A stretch of 64,000 nt of DNA from Obrimoposthia wandeli (Eukaryota): NCBI GenBank assembly GCA_977020255.1, contig CDROCS010004567.1, positions 1 through 64,000 on the forward strand, given 5' to 3'. The notes under the pieces were generated by a model. That model saw nothing but the letters and a program-made list of their open reading frames with translations. It searched no databases and was not told where the DNA came from. A program made the position numbers and the translations under genes. Shown piece by piece: positions 10,639 through 20,727 of the stretch. Position 1 is the first letter of the stretch. The number at the start of each line of letters is the position of its first letter.

Positions 10639-11469
10639 ATGAAGACGCTACACCTTAACTTTACTTTACTCTTAATTGGAATTTCTACTGCGCTGTTAGG
10701 GTTAAGTATATTACTGTTGGGTCCCCATAAACATATAACCTTAACGACTGATTTTTATCTCATTTCCGATATATTACCCGCCAAAGTATTTAATTCAATT
10801 GCTGCATTCGCTTTTATTTCTAGTGCGGTATTGGCATTTTTATCTATAAAGCAATATAACTTTCGGTCAGTCTTAGGCTATTTACTTATCGCGATAAGCA
10901 TAGTGCCGTTAGGTTCTTTGTTAAGTGATTCTATGTGGATAGCCTCTATGGGGGGATTTCCTGTTATTGGCTCTGGCCAGGGTGTTATTAAGTATTTCGC
11001 CTTATTATCGATAGGAATACTGCTAGTCAAACGCACGTTTTCTCCGCTGGTTACAGCTTGGATTAGCATCATGCCGGTGTTACTCGTTTTACTGTGGATT
11101 GGTGGCATGAAATTCACTTTACTTGAAGCACAAGGAATAGAAGGATTAGTAAAAAGTTCTCCTTTTATGGGTTGGTTGTATAATTTTTTCAGCATACAAA
11201 CAACGTCAAATATCATTGGCGTGTATGATTTAATTGCTGTGGTTATGTTAATTTTAGCGATGTATTCTCCAAAACTGACTGTGCCTGCTATTTTGATGTC
11301 TGGTATGGTTTTTATCGTAACTCAGACCTTTTTAATAAGTTTTTCTGGTTCATTATCAAGTGAGACATTATTATCAACGACGGGACATTTTCTAATTAAA
11401 GATTTATGGTTTTTGGCGTGTTTATTTTTCTATTATTCAGCAGTAAAAAAATCATCACCAAAAGCATAA
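10639..11469 (+). CDS. DUF417/YkgB (RclC-like) inner-membrane protein
   Basis: Multi-TM; IGGMKFTLLEAQGIEGLVKSSPFMGWLY and GHFLIKDLWFL signature; a related half-repeat GQGVIKYFALL. Confidence 0.7.
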   Translation: MKTLHLNFTLLLIGISTALLGLSILLLGPHKHITLTTDFYLISDILPAKVFNSIAAFAFISSAVLAFLSIKQYNFRSVLGYLLIAISIVPLGSLLSDSMWIASMGGFPVIGSGQGVIKYFALLSIGILLVKRTFSPLVTAWISIMPVLLVLLWIGGMKFTLLEAQGIEGLVKSSPFMGWLYNFFSIQTTSNIIGVYDLIAVVMLILAMYSPKLTVPAILMSGMVFIVTQTFLISFSGSLSSETLLSTTGHFLIKDLWFLACLFFYYSAVKKSSPKA

Positions 11470-11488
11470 TTTAACCAAGGGTTAGCGC

Positions 11489-12172
11489 ATGAAAATCAAA
11501 CACTATCTAACGAACATTTACTGCGGAAAAGTGGCGGAGCGTTACGGTATTGAAACTGCGATAGATAAACATCCAGTTAACACTAGCTTGTATTTATCAG
11601 TTGACGGATTAGCAGGTGATGAGTGCGCTGACAAACTTCATCATGGTGGACTAGAGCGTGCGTTACATCAATATCCGGCTGAGCATTATGCCTATTGGCA
11701 ACAGAAATATAACACAGATAATGCTTGGCAAGCTGCGGGTATGGGTGAAAATATTAGTTCAATAGGTATGACAGAACAGACTGTATGTTTGGGCGATCGC
11801 TACCAATGGGGAGAAGCTATTATCGAAGTGAGTCAGCCTCGTTCACCTTGTTTCAAACTAAATAAACGTTGGGGCATCGAAAATTTATCGGTCGATATGC
11901 AGGATATTAGTCGCAGTGGTTGGTTATATCGCGTTATTCAACCTGGAATGGTCAGTGTGAATGAACCACTTGAGTTAATTGACAGAGTTACCAATGCAAT
12001 GTCAATTACTGCGGTGTGTGAGACATTTTTTGGTGACCCACTCAATAATGAAAAGCTGTTGGTATTAAAAAAACAAAGCAGATTATCTGATAGTTGGATG
12101 GAAAAAATTGTACAACGCTTAGCAAGCGACGAAGTAGAAAACTGGAATTTTAGATTGTTAGACCATGCTTAA
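11489..12172 (+). CDS. yiiM: MOSC-domain protein (YiiM-like, with 3-alpha domain)
   Basis: GLAGDECADKLHHGG...RAL; GENIS; VSQPRSPCFKLN; GWLYRVIQPG. Confidence 0.8.
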   Translation: MKIKHYLTNIYCGKVAERYGIETAIDKHPVNTSLYLSVDGLAGDECADKLHHGGLERALHQYPAEHYAYWQQKYNTDNAWQAAGMGENISSIGMTEQTVCLGDRYQWGEAIIEVSQPRSPCFKLNKRWGIENLSVDMQDISRSGWLYRVIQPGMVSVNEPLELIDRVTNAMSITAVCETFFGDPLNNEKLLVLKKQSRLSDSWMEKIVQRLASDEVENWNFRLLDHA

Positions 12173-12723
12173 ACGACATACTCTCTGCAGATAAGCATAA
12201 TATCATCGCTGCTTAAGGCTTCTTTAGTTAAATCACATAAAATGCCATCACTAGTCTTGCGGTTAAATTTACAATGTTGGCAGACCCCAAAGGCAGTTCG
12301 ACCCGTAGCATGTTGATAGTTACTCAACACTTTTTTAAGTAATGTTTTGGTCTCAAACTCTTCATCAACAGACAAACTGGTTATAGCATCGGTAAACTTT
12401 TGCGGTGGGCAGGTTTTCGTCAAAAAATTTCGACCTGCCTCAGTCACTTTTAAATGGGTAATACGCTTATCTTTTTTGTCTTTTACTTTAGCAATTAAGG
12501 CTTTGCTTTCCAGGATTTTTAACGACTGTGATACCGTGCCTTTAGTTAATCCTAAAAATTCAGTTACCGCTAAGGTGGTATCTGAATAACGATTACAGGT
12601 CGATAGATAATACAAAGCCTCTTGCTGTATAGGTTGTAACCCTAAGCTTTGCCCTTCCAGTCGCGTTTCTTGCCGTAATAAATTGGCTAAACGCTCGATT
12701 AAATTAAATAGTTCATCATTCAT
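12169..12723 (-). CDS. MarR-family regulator with Cys-rich C-terminal tail
   Basis: Winged HTH (FLGLTKGTVSQSLKILESKALI...DKRITHLKVT); tail CQHC-x11-C-x15-C. Confidence 0.85.
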   Translation of the reverse strand: MNDELFNLIERLANLLRQETRLEGQSLGLQPIQQEALYYLSTCNRYSDTTLAVTEFLGLTKGTVSQSLKILESKALIAKVKDKKDKRITHLKVTEAGRNFLTKTCPPQKFTDAITSLSVDEEFETKTLLKKVLSNYQHATGRTAFGVCQHCKFNRKTSDGILCDLTKEALSSDDIMLICREYVV

Positions 12724-12783
12724 CCCCTAATAGTATCGAGTCAAAACAGATTTGACAAGCAGAGTTTTATTATGCTTAAATAT

Positions 12784-12808
12784 AAATAGTTTCGAATCGA
12801 AACTATTT
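12784..12808. promoter_or_regulatory. Perfect palindromic operator AAATAGTTTCGA-A-TCGAAACTATTT (putative MarR site); weaker copy at 12729..12752
   Basis: 12-1-12 perfect inverted repeat in the divergent marR/secreted-protein intergenic region; degenerate copy AATAGTATCGAGTCAAAACAGATT next to the marR start. Confidence 0.75.
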
Positions 12809-12869
12809 TGAACTAAATAAGACAAATTAAGTGTTAAGCACTTAGTTAAATTAACTAAAAGGATTAATC

Positions 12870-13616
12870 ATGAAAACTTCACACCTATTTATCGCAGCAA
12901 CCTTGAGCACAGCGCTGCTGACAACAACTACATATGCTCACAATAAGCACAGCGGTCATATTCAAGCACCCGTCTCTTCGGCCATTGCAACTGAATTTGA
13001 TATTGTTCATGCCAAGGTAATTACGCAAGGTAGTCATTTAATCTTCCAACAAGCGGTAACCGGTAAAGTGGGTAATAAACAGCCCCAAAAAAAGGGTCAG
13101 TTAGCAGGCGCCGAGGTCTATAGTTATGTATGGCCAACGTCACTTAATAGTTCTGCAGTCGGTTTTGAAGCGGATCAAGGCATTCTCTCTTTAGCTTTAA
13201 CTGTGCATCCTGACTTCGATGATACTCCTTTATATGATGAAGATGGTGATGGCAACAAAACCAATGACGGAGATAAATGGCATAGCCACTGGGTAGTTCT
13301 TGTGCCAGATAATGCTTGTGGTGAAGGCGCTTTAAAAGTTAAAGATATTGCTCAAGGTAGTTCACCTAAATTACCGGTGACTTGGCCAAATTTGCCCATC
13401 TTTATTGACAGTCCTGGATTTGATTTTACTTTAGCGCAATCTGAAGTCTTAGTGCGAGTGCCTCTATCTTCACTTGGTTTTCCAGAAAGCTTCTCTTTTG
13501 ATGGTGTTACCGCAGGCTTAAAAATAAACCAGCAAGTACATGCGCCTTTACTGTGTGTTACCGATGTATTTGATGTCGCATCTGGTGATTTAAGTTTACC
13601 CGGCCAAAGCAAATAA
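12870..13616 (+). CDS. Secreted hypothetical protein
   Basis: Signal peptide MKTSHLFIAATLSTALLTTTTYA; His-rich mature start HNKHSGH; WHSHWVVL and CGEGAL motifs. Confidence 0.75.
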   Translation: MKTSHLFIAATLSTALLTTTTYAHNKHSGHIQAPVSSAIATEFDIVHAKVITQGSHLIFQQAVTGKVGNKQPQKKGQLAGAEVYSYVWPTSLNSSAVGFEADQGILSLALTVHPDFDDTPLYDEDGDGNKTNDGDKWHSHWVVLVPDNACGEGALKVKDIAQGSSPKLPVTWPNLPIFIDSPGFDFTLAQSEVLVRVPLSSLGFPESFSFDGVTAGLKINQQVHAPLLCVTDVFDVASGDLSLPGQSK

Positions 13617-13629
13617 TTTAGTAGGAGCA

Positions 13630-13881
13630 ATGAGTATGCAAATACATGTTTTTGATACCCATGTAATGACAGCGTCAGGTGAATATATCCATTTTGATGT
13701 TTTGGTGAACAATGAAAATATTAAAGAGGTAGAGCAATATGCCAAACAGTATCTCGATGGTTTAGGTGTGGCAATAGATAATATTAAGCAAAGCCGTTGC
13801 AATTTTTGCCATAGTGAATTGGCTAACCTTGAGGTGGAAGATGATATTGCTAGTCAGGGGCATAGTATTATTCGCTTATAA
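13630..13881 (+). CDS. DUF2024-family small protein
   Basis: IHVFDTHV...HFDVLV and SRCNFCHSE; RBS AGGAG. Confidence 0.7.
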   Translation: MSMQIHVFDTHVMTASGEYIHFDVLVNNENIKEVEQYAKQYLDGLGVAIDNIKQSRCNFCHSELANLEVEDDIASQGHSIIRL

Positions 13882-13954
13882 TTTAGCTAATACTGATGGA
13901 ATAGCGATTTAAGTGTTAAGTTGTAAGGTTTAAGTAAAAAGGAGGGAGTACTCA

Positions 13955-14209
13955 ATGGCAAATAAGATAAGTTGTGATGCCCATGACTATTTTGAAATTG
14001 TCTGTATGCGTCGTAGCCTAATCAAGGTGACCACCAAAGACAATAAAATTTACCATGGCATAGCAACAGATATTAAACTTGTTGAAAAGCAAGAATATCT
14101 ACAAATTAGCGATGATATTAAAACCCAGCAACTGCTTTTAAGTGACGTAAAAACACTCGAGGCACTAGGCAATAACATTGCTCAGCATAATTTTTCGATT
14201 ACATGGTGA
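13955..14209 (+). CDS. rof: Rho-binding antiterminator Rof family
   Basis: ISCDAHDYFEIVCM...GIATD pattern; strong RBS GGAGGGAG. Confidence 0.75.
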   Translation: MANKISCDAHDYFEIVCMRRSLIKVTTKDNKIYHGIATDIKLVEKQEYLQISDDIKTQQLLLSDVKTLEALGNNIAQHNFSITW

Positions 14210-14258
14210 GCTGGGATGAAAGTGTGGGCAGGACAAATGATGATATAAAATAACAGTG

Positions 14259-15155
14259 CTACAGTGAATCAACGCCACCATAAACATCGATGGTAAAACC
14301 CCGTTGTAGGGCATAATCTTGTGGTGTTAATCCGAGTTGTTTTTTTAAATATCGAATTAGGTGAGGTTGATCGCTAAAACCAAATTGATAAGCAATATCT
14401 ACCCAGTCAATCTCACTTTTTTCTCGCTGATAGAGAAATTCTAAAATGGCTTCTAGCCTGTTCATTGATTGGCATTGCTTAAGTGTTAACCCCGTGACTT
14501 TTAAAAAGCTACGCTCTAAGGTGCGTTGTGAACAAAAGAGGGTATTTCCTAATGTATTAATTGCAGTTTTAGCTAGCAGTGGCAGTACTTTTCTTGTCAG
14601 TTCACTATGATTATCCTCATGGTTTTTTGACAGCCAAGACAGGCATAGGTTATCCAGTATTTCAGCGCAGCCATCAGGGGAATTTCGGGCTAGAGTAACT
14701 AAGCCATGTTCATTTACTTGATTATTATCGCTTAACTTACGGTCATCAAAACTACTCTCATCAATATTAATGTTGTCAAAAGAAACGGCTTGAATAGTAT
14801 CGACCACTGCTTGCGATGTTTTACTTTGCAAGGCCACAAGATTTGGTAATGAATATAGCGCGCCGACATGGAATTTAATGCCAATACACGCAACAGACTT
14901 AGCGTGATCTAATTCATAGGTTTTCCCATGAGGGTGTAGCCAATGACAACCCTGCATTTGAGTAACACCATTGTCACTCTTGTATAGAAAGTTTTGCTTT
15001 GGCAGCGCCAAAATTAAGTGTGTTGCTGGATCAGGATTAAGTTTCGGATAATCATTATTCCCTTCAGCGTTAGGCAATTTTTCAAGGAACCAATAACAGG
15101 CTATATATTTAGCAATTTCTGGGTTATTAGGGACTTTCAACCAATGTATCATCAC
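14259..15155 (-). CDS. AraC-family regulator (DUF6597-type N-terminus)
   Basis: SQRTLERSF...GLTLKQ; IAYQFGFSDQPHLIRYLK. Confidence 0.85.
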   Translation of the reverse strand: MMIHWLKVPNNPEIAKYIACYWFLEKLPNAEGNNDYPKLNPDPATHLILALPKQNFLYKSDNGVTQMQGCHWLHPHGKTYELDHAKSVACIGIKFHVGALYSLPNLVALQSKTSQAVVDTIQAVSFDNINIDESSFDDRKLSDNNQVNEHGLVTLARNSPDGCAEILDNLCLSWLSKNHEDNHSELTRKVLPLLAKTAINTLGNTLFCSQRTLERSFLKVTGLTLKQCQSMNRLEAILEFLYQREKSEIDWVDIAYQFGFSDQPHLIRYLKKQLGLTPQDYALQRGFTIDVYGGVDSL

Positions 15156-15228
15156 ACACCTTAATCGTTTTTTTGATCAATCTAACTCAGCCACTTTATG
15201 TTAACTATATTATGAGTATAGTCATTTT

Positions 15229-16050
15229 TTATACGTGCTTGAACTCAAACTGTACTATACGATGAGCTGAGGTAAAGCCAGCATGGGCGATGGCTTTTTG
15301 AGCGGCCACATTATTGCTTTCGGTAGAACAGATAGAGCTTAATCCTTGGCTAGAGGCATGTTTAGTAAGGAAGGCTAATACTTTTTTAGCGATACCTTGT
15401 CCACGGATAGATTGCGCGACAATCATGCCTAAGTCAGCATATTCAGTTTGATATTGATCGAATAAACGACATTCTCCAGCCGCTAATAATTTCCCTTCAT
15501 GCCAATAACCAAAAAGTTCTTTGCGACCAATTAAATTGCCGTAATATTGCGTTAGCCATTGCTCGGGAGCACCAATATTGTCTACTGCAAAGCTAACAAA
15601 ATCGGTTAGTTGCTCAGTACCCGCTATTTGCATATCAATCATCTCAAGGTTTTCATCAGCCAACTTAGTGTTGTGCTGGTACATCAAGGCATTCACTTTA
15701 AATGTTGCTGAGTTATCTAAACATAAAGCCTGATAATTCGGCTCTGAGGTGCTAACAAATGCGCCTTTAACTTCACCTATTATTGAACTGTTTTGCTGGG
15801 AAATTAAAGTAAATAATTCCTGAGAAAACAGGTGAAACTCTGGCTGAAGATAAAATTGCAGCAGGTATCCATCATCATTAACGCAACAAAATCCTGCTAG
15901 GTTTTTATTCACATAAAAGCCAAAGTGTTTAGCCATAGGAACGAAGCCAAAATGCCACATGCCATCGAGTGGCACAATCGAGCTGTCAAAATATGCTTTT
16001 TTTAATTCTGTTAATTCTATCAGCGATTTAATCGTTTTAATTTTAAACAT
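15229..16050 (-). CDS. GNAT-family acetyltransferase
   Basis: C-terminal LGMIVAQSIRGQGIAKK and NVAAQKAIAHAGF. Confidence 0.8.
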   Translation of the reverse strand: MFKIKTIKSLIELTELKKAYFDSSIVPLDGMWHFGFVPMAKHFGFYVNKNLAGFCCVNDDGYLLQFYLQPEFHLFSQELFTLISQQNSSIIGEVKGAFVSTSEPNYQALCLDNSATFKVNALMYQHNTKLADENLEMIDMQIAGTEQLTDFVSFAVDNIGAPEQWLTQYYGNLIGRKELFGYWHEGKLLAAGECRLFDQYQTEYADLGMIVAQSIRGQGIAKKVLAFLTKHASSQGLSSICSTESNNVAAQKAIAHAGFTSAHRIVQFEFKHV

Positions 16051-16116
16051 TGTTTACTACCTACTATCTGGTGATTGTTGTTTTAGAGATTCAATTTTTT
16101 ATAAGTTAGACACCTA

Positions 16117-16240
16117 TACCCGTTACCATTCAAAGTGCAGGATTTCAGTGGGAATTAAAATGACTTTAGGCAAGACAAATAATTTAAATATAGTCATTCT
16201 ATGGTTTGATTTTTAAGCTTTGCATACGTCATTTTAAACC
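16117..16240 (-). mobile_element. Decayed, truncated copy of MITE family 1
   Basis: TA+CCCGTTACCATTCAAAGTGCAGGATTTCAG...CTTTAGGCAAG aligns with the end of the 34268 copy (CCCGTTCCACTTGAAGATGC...CCTTTAGGCAAG); the other TIR is not recognisable; end coordinate approximate. Confidence 0.6.
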
Positions 16241-16601
16241 CATCAAAGAAACCCATCAAAAAGGGAGCAACATCACTTCATCAAGAATGGAATAAATTGT
16301 TTTCATTTCATCACAGCGACAAACGCCTGTCTTGATTTTATATATTTGTATGATTCTATTTGTAGGATTTATATGCTGAGTGGGATTGAATAAAAAAGCT
16401 TAGTTGTATAGTAGGATTTAAATACGTTGAGGGATTGAATAAAAGCGACAATGTCATTTTTTATGCCGGTCAGCACTATTTCTCATCAGTAGGTCTTACA
16501 TCTACATTTTATATGTTACTCATCATCATTGGTGATTTACTTATTTATCTCAGTTGGTTATACACTGCAATATATCGCAAGGAACATCTTTATGGAGCAA
16601 T

Positions 16602-17789
16602 ATGGCGCACTTCAACCGAGAAAGTAATAATGCAATTTTATTGGCAGGTATATTAGCCCTTGTTGTAGGTGTTGGTGTCGCTCGTTTTGTTTTTACTTCA
16701 CTTTTGCCCGCTATGTTGGAATACTCAATCAACATAGCTTTTGCTGGTGTGCTTGCCTCAATAAATTACTTCGGTTATTTAAGCGGATCCGTTTTTTCTA
16801 TTTTTATTAAAGATATCTACACCAAGGTAAAATATTTCAGATTCGGGTTATTGCTTTGTGTCATTTGTTCTTTTGTTTTAGGTCTTACTGAAAATAATAT
16901 CGTTTGGGTTATTGCCCGATTCTTGGCTGGCTTTGGGGCTGCAATGGCGCTTGTTGTCGGATCTGCTATTGTCATGCTGAAACTACAGTCGACCAATAAA
17001 ACTAAAGCTATGGGCATACACTTTAGTGGTTTAGGCTTTTCAATAGTCATTACGGACCTTGTGATGCGAGGGGTATTTAGTTATGGCGGAGATTGGAAAG
17101 ATGCATGGCTTATATTGGCGATTATTGGTGGTTTCTTTTCATGTTATTCTGCTTATATTTTACGATTTGAGAAACAACCTACCAATGAAGTTGTTAAACA
17201 TAAATTTGATAAATCACTCTTTTCACCTATGGTCATCATTCTTATTTTGGCCTACTTCACCGAGGGTGTAGGTATGGTCGTACAATCAACCTTTTTACCT
17301 GACATAGTGAACTCATTAGAAGGTTTGTCAGGCTATGGTGGCTGGGTATGGTTAGTAGCAGGTATTGCCGGAATTCCGTCTTGCATTATATGGATGCGAT
17401 TAGCACATCGTTTTGGCAGTATTAATATTATGGTAGTCGCCATGCTGTTACAGATTATCGGGATTTTAATCCCTGTATTTTCTAACAATATAGTTATGAA
17501 TCTTATCAGTGGCATTTTTTTTGGCGCTACATTTATTGGTTTGGTTGCCTTGTTTATGAATTTTGGCGGTCAACTATCAAAGAACAATCCAGTATTTATT
17601 ATGGGAGCATTAACATCGGCTTACGGGGTAGGCCAAATTATCGCGCCATTATACAGCGTCGCATTGATCGAACAATTTCAGACTTATAATCATGCTTTAT
17701 ATTTAACCGCGTTTATCGTTGCCTGTGGCATTTTGTTGCTGACTTATGCCAAATTCAATTTTAAGGAAGCAAAACAATGTATGCAGTAG
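16602..17789 (+). CDS. MFS transporter, YbfB/YjiJ family
   Basis: GVGVARFVFTSLLPAM, LASINYFGYLSG; about 12 TM. ATG 16602 after GGAG preferred over 16554. Confidence 0.85.
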   Translation: MAHFNRESNNAILLAGILALVVGVGVARFVFTSLLPAMLEYSINIAFAGVLASINYFGYLSGSVFSIFIKDIYTKVKYFRFGLLLCVICSFVLGLTENNIVWVIARFLAGFGAAMALVVGSAIVMLKLQSTNKTKAMGIHFSGLGFSIVITDLVMRGVFSYGGDWKDAWLILAIIGGFFSCYSAYILRFEKQPTNEVVKHKFDKSLFSPMVIILILAYFTEGVGMVVQSTFLPDIVNSLEGLSGYGGWVWLVAGIAGIPSCIIWMRLAHRFGSINIMVVAMLLQIIGILIPVFSNNIVMNLISGIFFGATFIGLVALFMNFGGQLSKNNPVFIMGALTSAYGVGQIIAPLYSVALIEQFQTYNHALYLTAFIVACGILLLTYAKFNFKEAKQCMQ

Positions 17790-17820
17790 GAATGCCTGTA
17801 GTCAAAATACGTTTGGAGGT

Positions 17821-18777
17821 TTAGTGTTGACACTCCAACGATGACCACTTTTTGATATCTTTAGCGTATCTCTTTGACCATTCAATAGCGGCGGCCTGAT
17901 CCGAAAGCTTTTCGATAACAGCTAAAGAAGACGCATCTGTAATCATACGATTGGTAAAGCTAATGTTTTGAATTAAGTGATACACACAAGGAAACTTTTG
18001 CTTTAAGTTGAGAGACGCTGCTTTTTTTAACCATCCGCCTCTGCGGTTGCCACAGTCTTTAACTAGTTTTTTGTTGAGCCCCCATTCGGGTACTTTTTCA
18101 CATTGCTCTGTATAAAGTGGAAAATTGACAAATTCACCTTCTATATTATTGTCGGTCCAATTAGGACTCCAATTTAGCATGAGGATAGGGCGCTTTTTTT
18201 CAATTGCATTGGTAAGTTCTTCCCACAATGCTGATTCATCAGGTAAACGTTCGATGGCAAAATTTAGCCCTAATGCTCGAATAATATCAGCATCACCATA
18301 ATTCCATGGGCCACCAAAATACACACCTTTCTCAGTTTTTTTGGGTCCCTTAAAAAGAGCTCTACATTTATTTAAAGCCTGCCATTGGGGTAACTCTGGA
18401 CATAAATCTTCCACATATTTGGGGTACCACCAATCTTCTATCACTTTAGCTTCATGTGTGCCTAAATCAATAATGTCACCGTTAGCGACAAGCTTATTAA
18501 ACTCTTGCCCCATTGAAGGTTCCCATACTTCTATCTGAAAATGAATAACCCCACGTTTTAGTGCCCCCCATTGGCGGTCAGCACTGATGTTTATGTACTC
18601 TACAGGGGTGCCTAAATCTTCAATCAACTGACCAACAACATTCGACAATACCCGTTGGCTTGACCAGTTATTTGTTGGTATAACGACTTTATCTGAAAGG
18701 TGAGATGGTTTGGACCATAATGTGCTGGAAAAAAATATTAATGAGAATAAGGTCTTAACGTAATAACTATTGTTCAT
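17821..18777 (-). CDS. Glycine betaine/proline-type ABC substrate-binding protein (ProX/OpuAC-like), orphan
   Basis: Signal peptide; NNWSSQRVLS, FQIEVWE, DWWYPKYV, WSPNW aromatic motifs; no permease or ATPase nearby. Confidence 0.75.
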   Translation of the reverse strand: MNNSYYVKTLFSLIFFSSTLWSKPSHLSDKVVIPTNNWSSQRVLSNVVGQLIEDLGTPVEYINISADRQWGALKRGVIHFQIEVWEPSMGQEFNKLVANGDIIDLGTHEAKVIEDWWYPKYVEDLCPELPQWQALNKCRALFKGPKKTEKGVYFGGPWNYGDADIIRALGLNFAIERLPDESALWEELTNAIEKKRPILMLNWSPNWTDNNIEGEFVNFPLYTEQCEKVPEWGLNKKLVKDCGNRRGGWLKKAASLNLKQKFPCVYHLIQNISFTNRMITDASSLAVIEKLSDQAAAIEWSKRYAKDIKKWSSLECQH

Positions 18778-19086
18778 TTTTAGCCTAAGGATTAAACGGG
18801 GTTAGGTGCGCTTCAAATAATATGTAATAACACTATGGCTAAATTTTATTAGGAATAATTAATAAAATTCACCAGTTATTACTACCTCCAAGGGGCTAGT
18901 GCTGCTGAGTTTAATATATATTTGCTGTGATGTCCTATTTCGAATCAAAGTAAGCACGTGGCTGGGTGATTTCGACTCGCCAATTACGCTCTAGTTATGC
19001 TTTAGTGAGCCCTAACTACAGCAACTGTTACTCATAAAAAAGTCAGTTTAGGGCATGTAAACTGACTTTTTAGAGGTTCGCTTGAT

Positions 19087-19773
19087 TTAATCAGCGTCAT
19101 ACTTATTAAATTTATTGAACTTGATAATTGAAATAAGCTCTTCACCATAAAGACTACCTTTCTCAGAATAATGATCCAATTTAGTAACCAATATAAAAGG
19201 GTCATTTGTTTGCATTCTCGCTTGCCTAAACGCAGCGAAAGCACCACTGCGTCCCAAAGTGCGATAATAATCGTATATTGCATCTTCAATGGAAGGATAT
19301 TTTTTCACCCAAATAGTTTTGTCGCCACGTTTTTTTAAAGCTGCAACTCTAGGTTCATCTTCGTCAAAAGACCATACACCGAAGATGTTATTAGCGACTC
19401 TAAAAAAACGCGAAGTAGCCCAAGAGCTTTCTATTGCAGCTTGTGCGATGGTAATACTTTTTGGCGAAGGCTTAAGTGCCATGAGCAATTTTTCATTGGT
19501 AGTCACTTTGTATTCCACTTTTAATCTTTCAATCTCAGCATTAGTTTTACCCGCCTCAAGTGTTGTTTTAACCTCTTCATATCGAGCCATTAGTTTCGTG
19601 TAAACAATGTCCACGGCAGGAACGATTAACGCTCTAAATCTTGCTTTTTTCTCTGATACTGTCATTTTAGGAAGCTCAGGCTCCTTTTGAGTAACACGGT
19701 AAATAACCGAAGCAATAATAATGAGCAGTATAATAGCGAGAATAATTTTGATTTTATTTGAAAGGTGTTGCAC
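19087..19773 (-). CDS. Glucosaminidase-domain protein (Bax/FlgJ-like) with N-terminal membrane anchor
   Basis: IAQAAIESSWATSRFFRVANNIFGVW and YSEKGSLYG. GTG at 19773 taken as the likely start within ORF 19087..19863. Confidence 0.8.
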   Translation of the reverse strand: MQHLSNKIKIILAIILLIIIASVIYRVTQKEPELPKMTVSEKKARFRALIVPAVDIVYTKLMARYEEVKTTLEAGKTNAEIERLKVEYKVTTNEKLLMALKPSPKSITIAQAAIESSWATSRFFRVANNIFGVWSFDEDEPRVAALKKRGDKTIWVKKYPSIEDAIYDYYRTLGRSGAFAAFRQARMQTNDPFILVTKLDHYSEKGSLYGEELISIIKFNKFNKYDAD

Positions 19774-20003
19774 TAATATATTTCCGAAGTGATTGTTAAG
19801 CTGAGGTATTAAGAGTAAATAGTAGGATAGTTCAGTCGAAAAAACAAAATTATATATGAGCAAGGATTGCGAAAGTAGGTGTCATCATAATAACTGGCTA
19901 TCTACCTGTTATAAGAGGTATTCTGGTCAGTCATGATAGTGGCAAAAGTGAGTCTACTGAGACGAATACAGTTTTGAGTGTAAGCTCACTTTCGCCTGAT
20001 TAG

Positions 20004-20444
20004 TTAGCCATAGGTTTTACTAAAACTATCAACACCTGCTTGTGCACAGCCTAAATCTTGCTCGGGTGAACCTGAACTCACGCCAATGCCACCAACAACG
20101 CTGCCATTAAAGGTGATAGGCAAACCACCGCCAACAATACACATACGGCCACCTAAAGCAGTATGAATACCAAATAAATTATTTTTATGTCCTGGAATAC
20201 AGGCTTTATTAAATTCGTGGGTACCCTTACGCGCTGATGCCGCGGTAAATGCTTTGTCTTGCGAAATGGTAATGCTGTGTACTTTACCGCCATCCATACG
20301 TTCAAAGGCAATTAAATTACCTGATTCATCTACTACGGCAATGCACATAGGTACGCCGAGTTCATTGGCTTTATTCACCGCGCCGTCAATTATCGTTTTT
20401 GCTTCCGTTTGGTTTAGTCTATTTATTGTCAACATAGTTTCCAC
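20004..20444 (-). CDS. glcG: GlcG/HbpS-family (DUF336) protein
   Basis: MCIAVVDESGNLIAFERMDG, KAFTA, GGGLPI...VVGGIGVSSG...QDL. Confidence 0.85.
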   Translation of the reverse strand: METMLTINRLNQTEAKTIIDGAVNKANELGVPMCIAVVDESGNLIAFERMDGGKVHSITISQDKAFTAASARKGTHEFNKACIPGHKNNLFGIHTALGGRMCIVGGGLPITFNGSVVGGIGVSSGSPEQDLGCAQAGVDSFSKTYG

Positions 20445-20467
20445 TCTTTAATTTTAAATCTGGTATA

Positions 20468-20727
20468 TACCCAAGCCACTTCAAAATGCTTGTTCAGGAT
20501 AATGAGCAACACATGAGCAAGGCGCATCTTTTTATTAATGGTTATTCCATTAAAAACAGACGCAACGAAGTTCATTAATTGCTCAGAAACCCCCAAAGGG
20601 TTGGTTTAGAAACCTTTTTGGCCGCGTTATTAATTTTGAGAAGGGAAGAACCATTCTCTTCAATAAATGCCTTACCTAAAACGTTTCTAATTCCAACTGA
20701 ATCATGCAGTTGGAAGTGGTTTGGGTA
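20468..20727 (+). mobile_element. MITE family 1, diverged copy (260 bp including flanking TA)
   Basis: TA-CCCAAGCCACTT...AAGTGGTTTGGG-TA termini; internal blocks (AAGGCGCA, GGTTATTCC, GCTCAG, TTGGTTTAGAAAC, TTCTCTTCAAT, TTCCAACTGAATCATGCA) are colinear with the 29880 copy. Confidence 0.8.
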
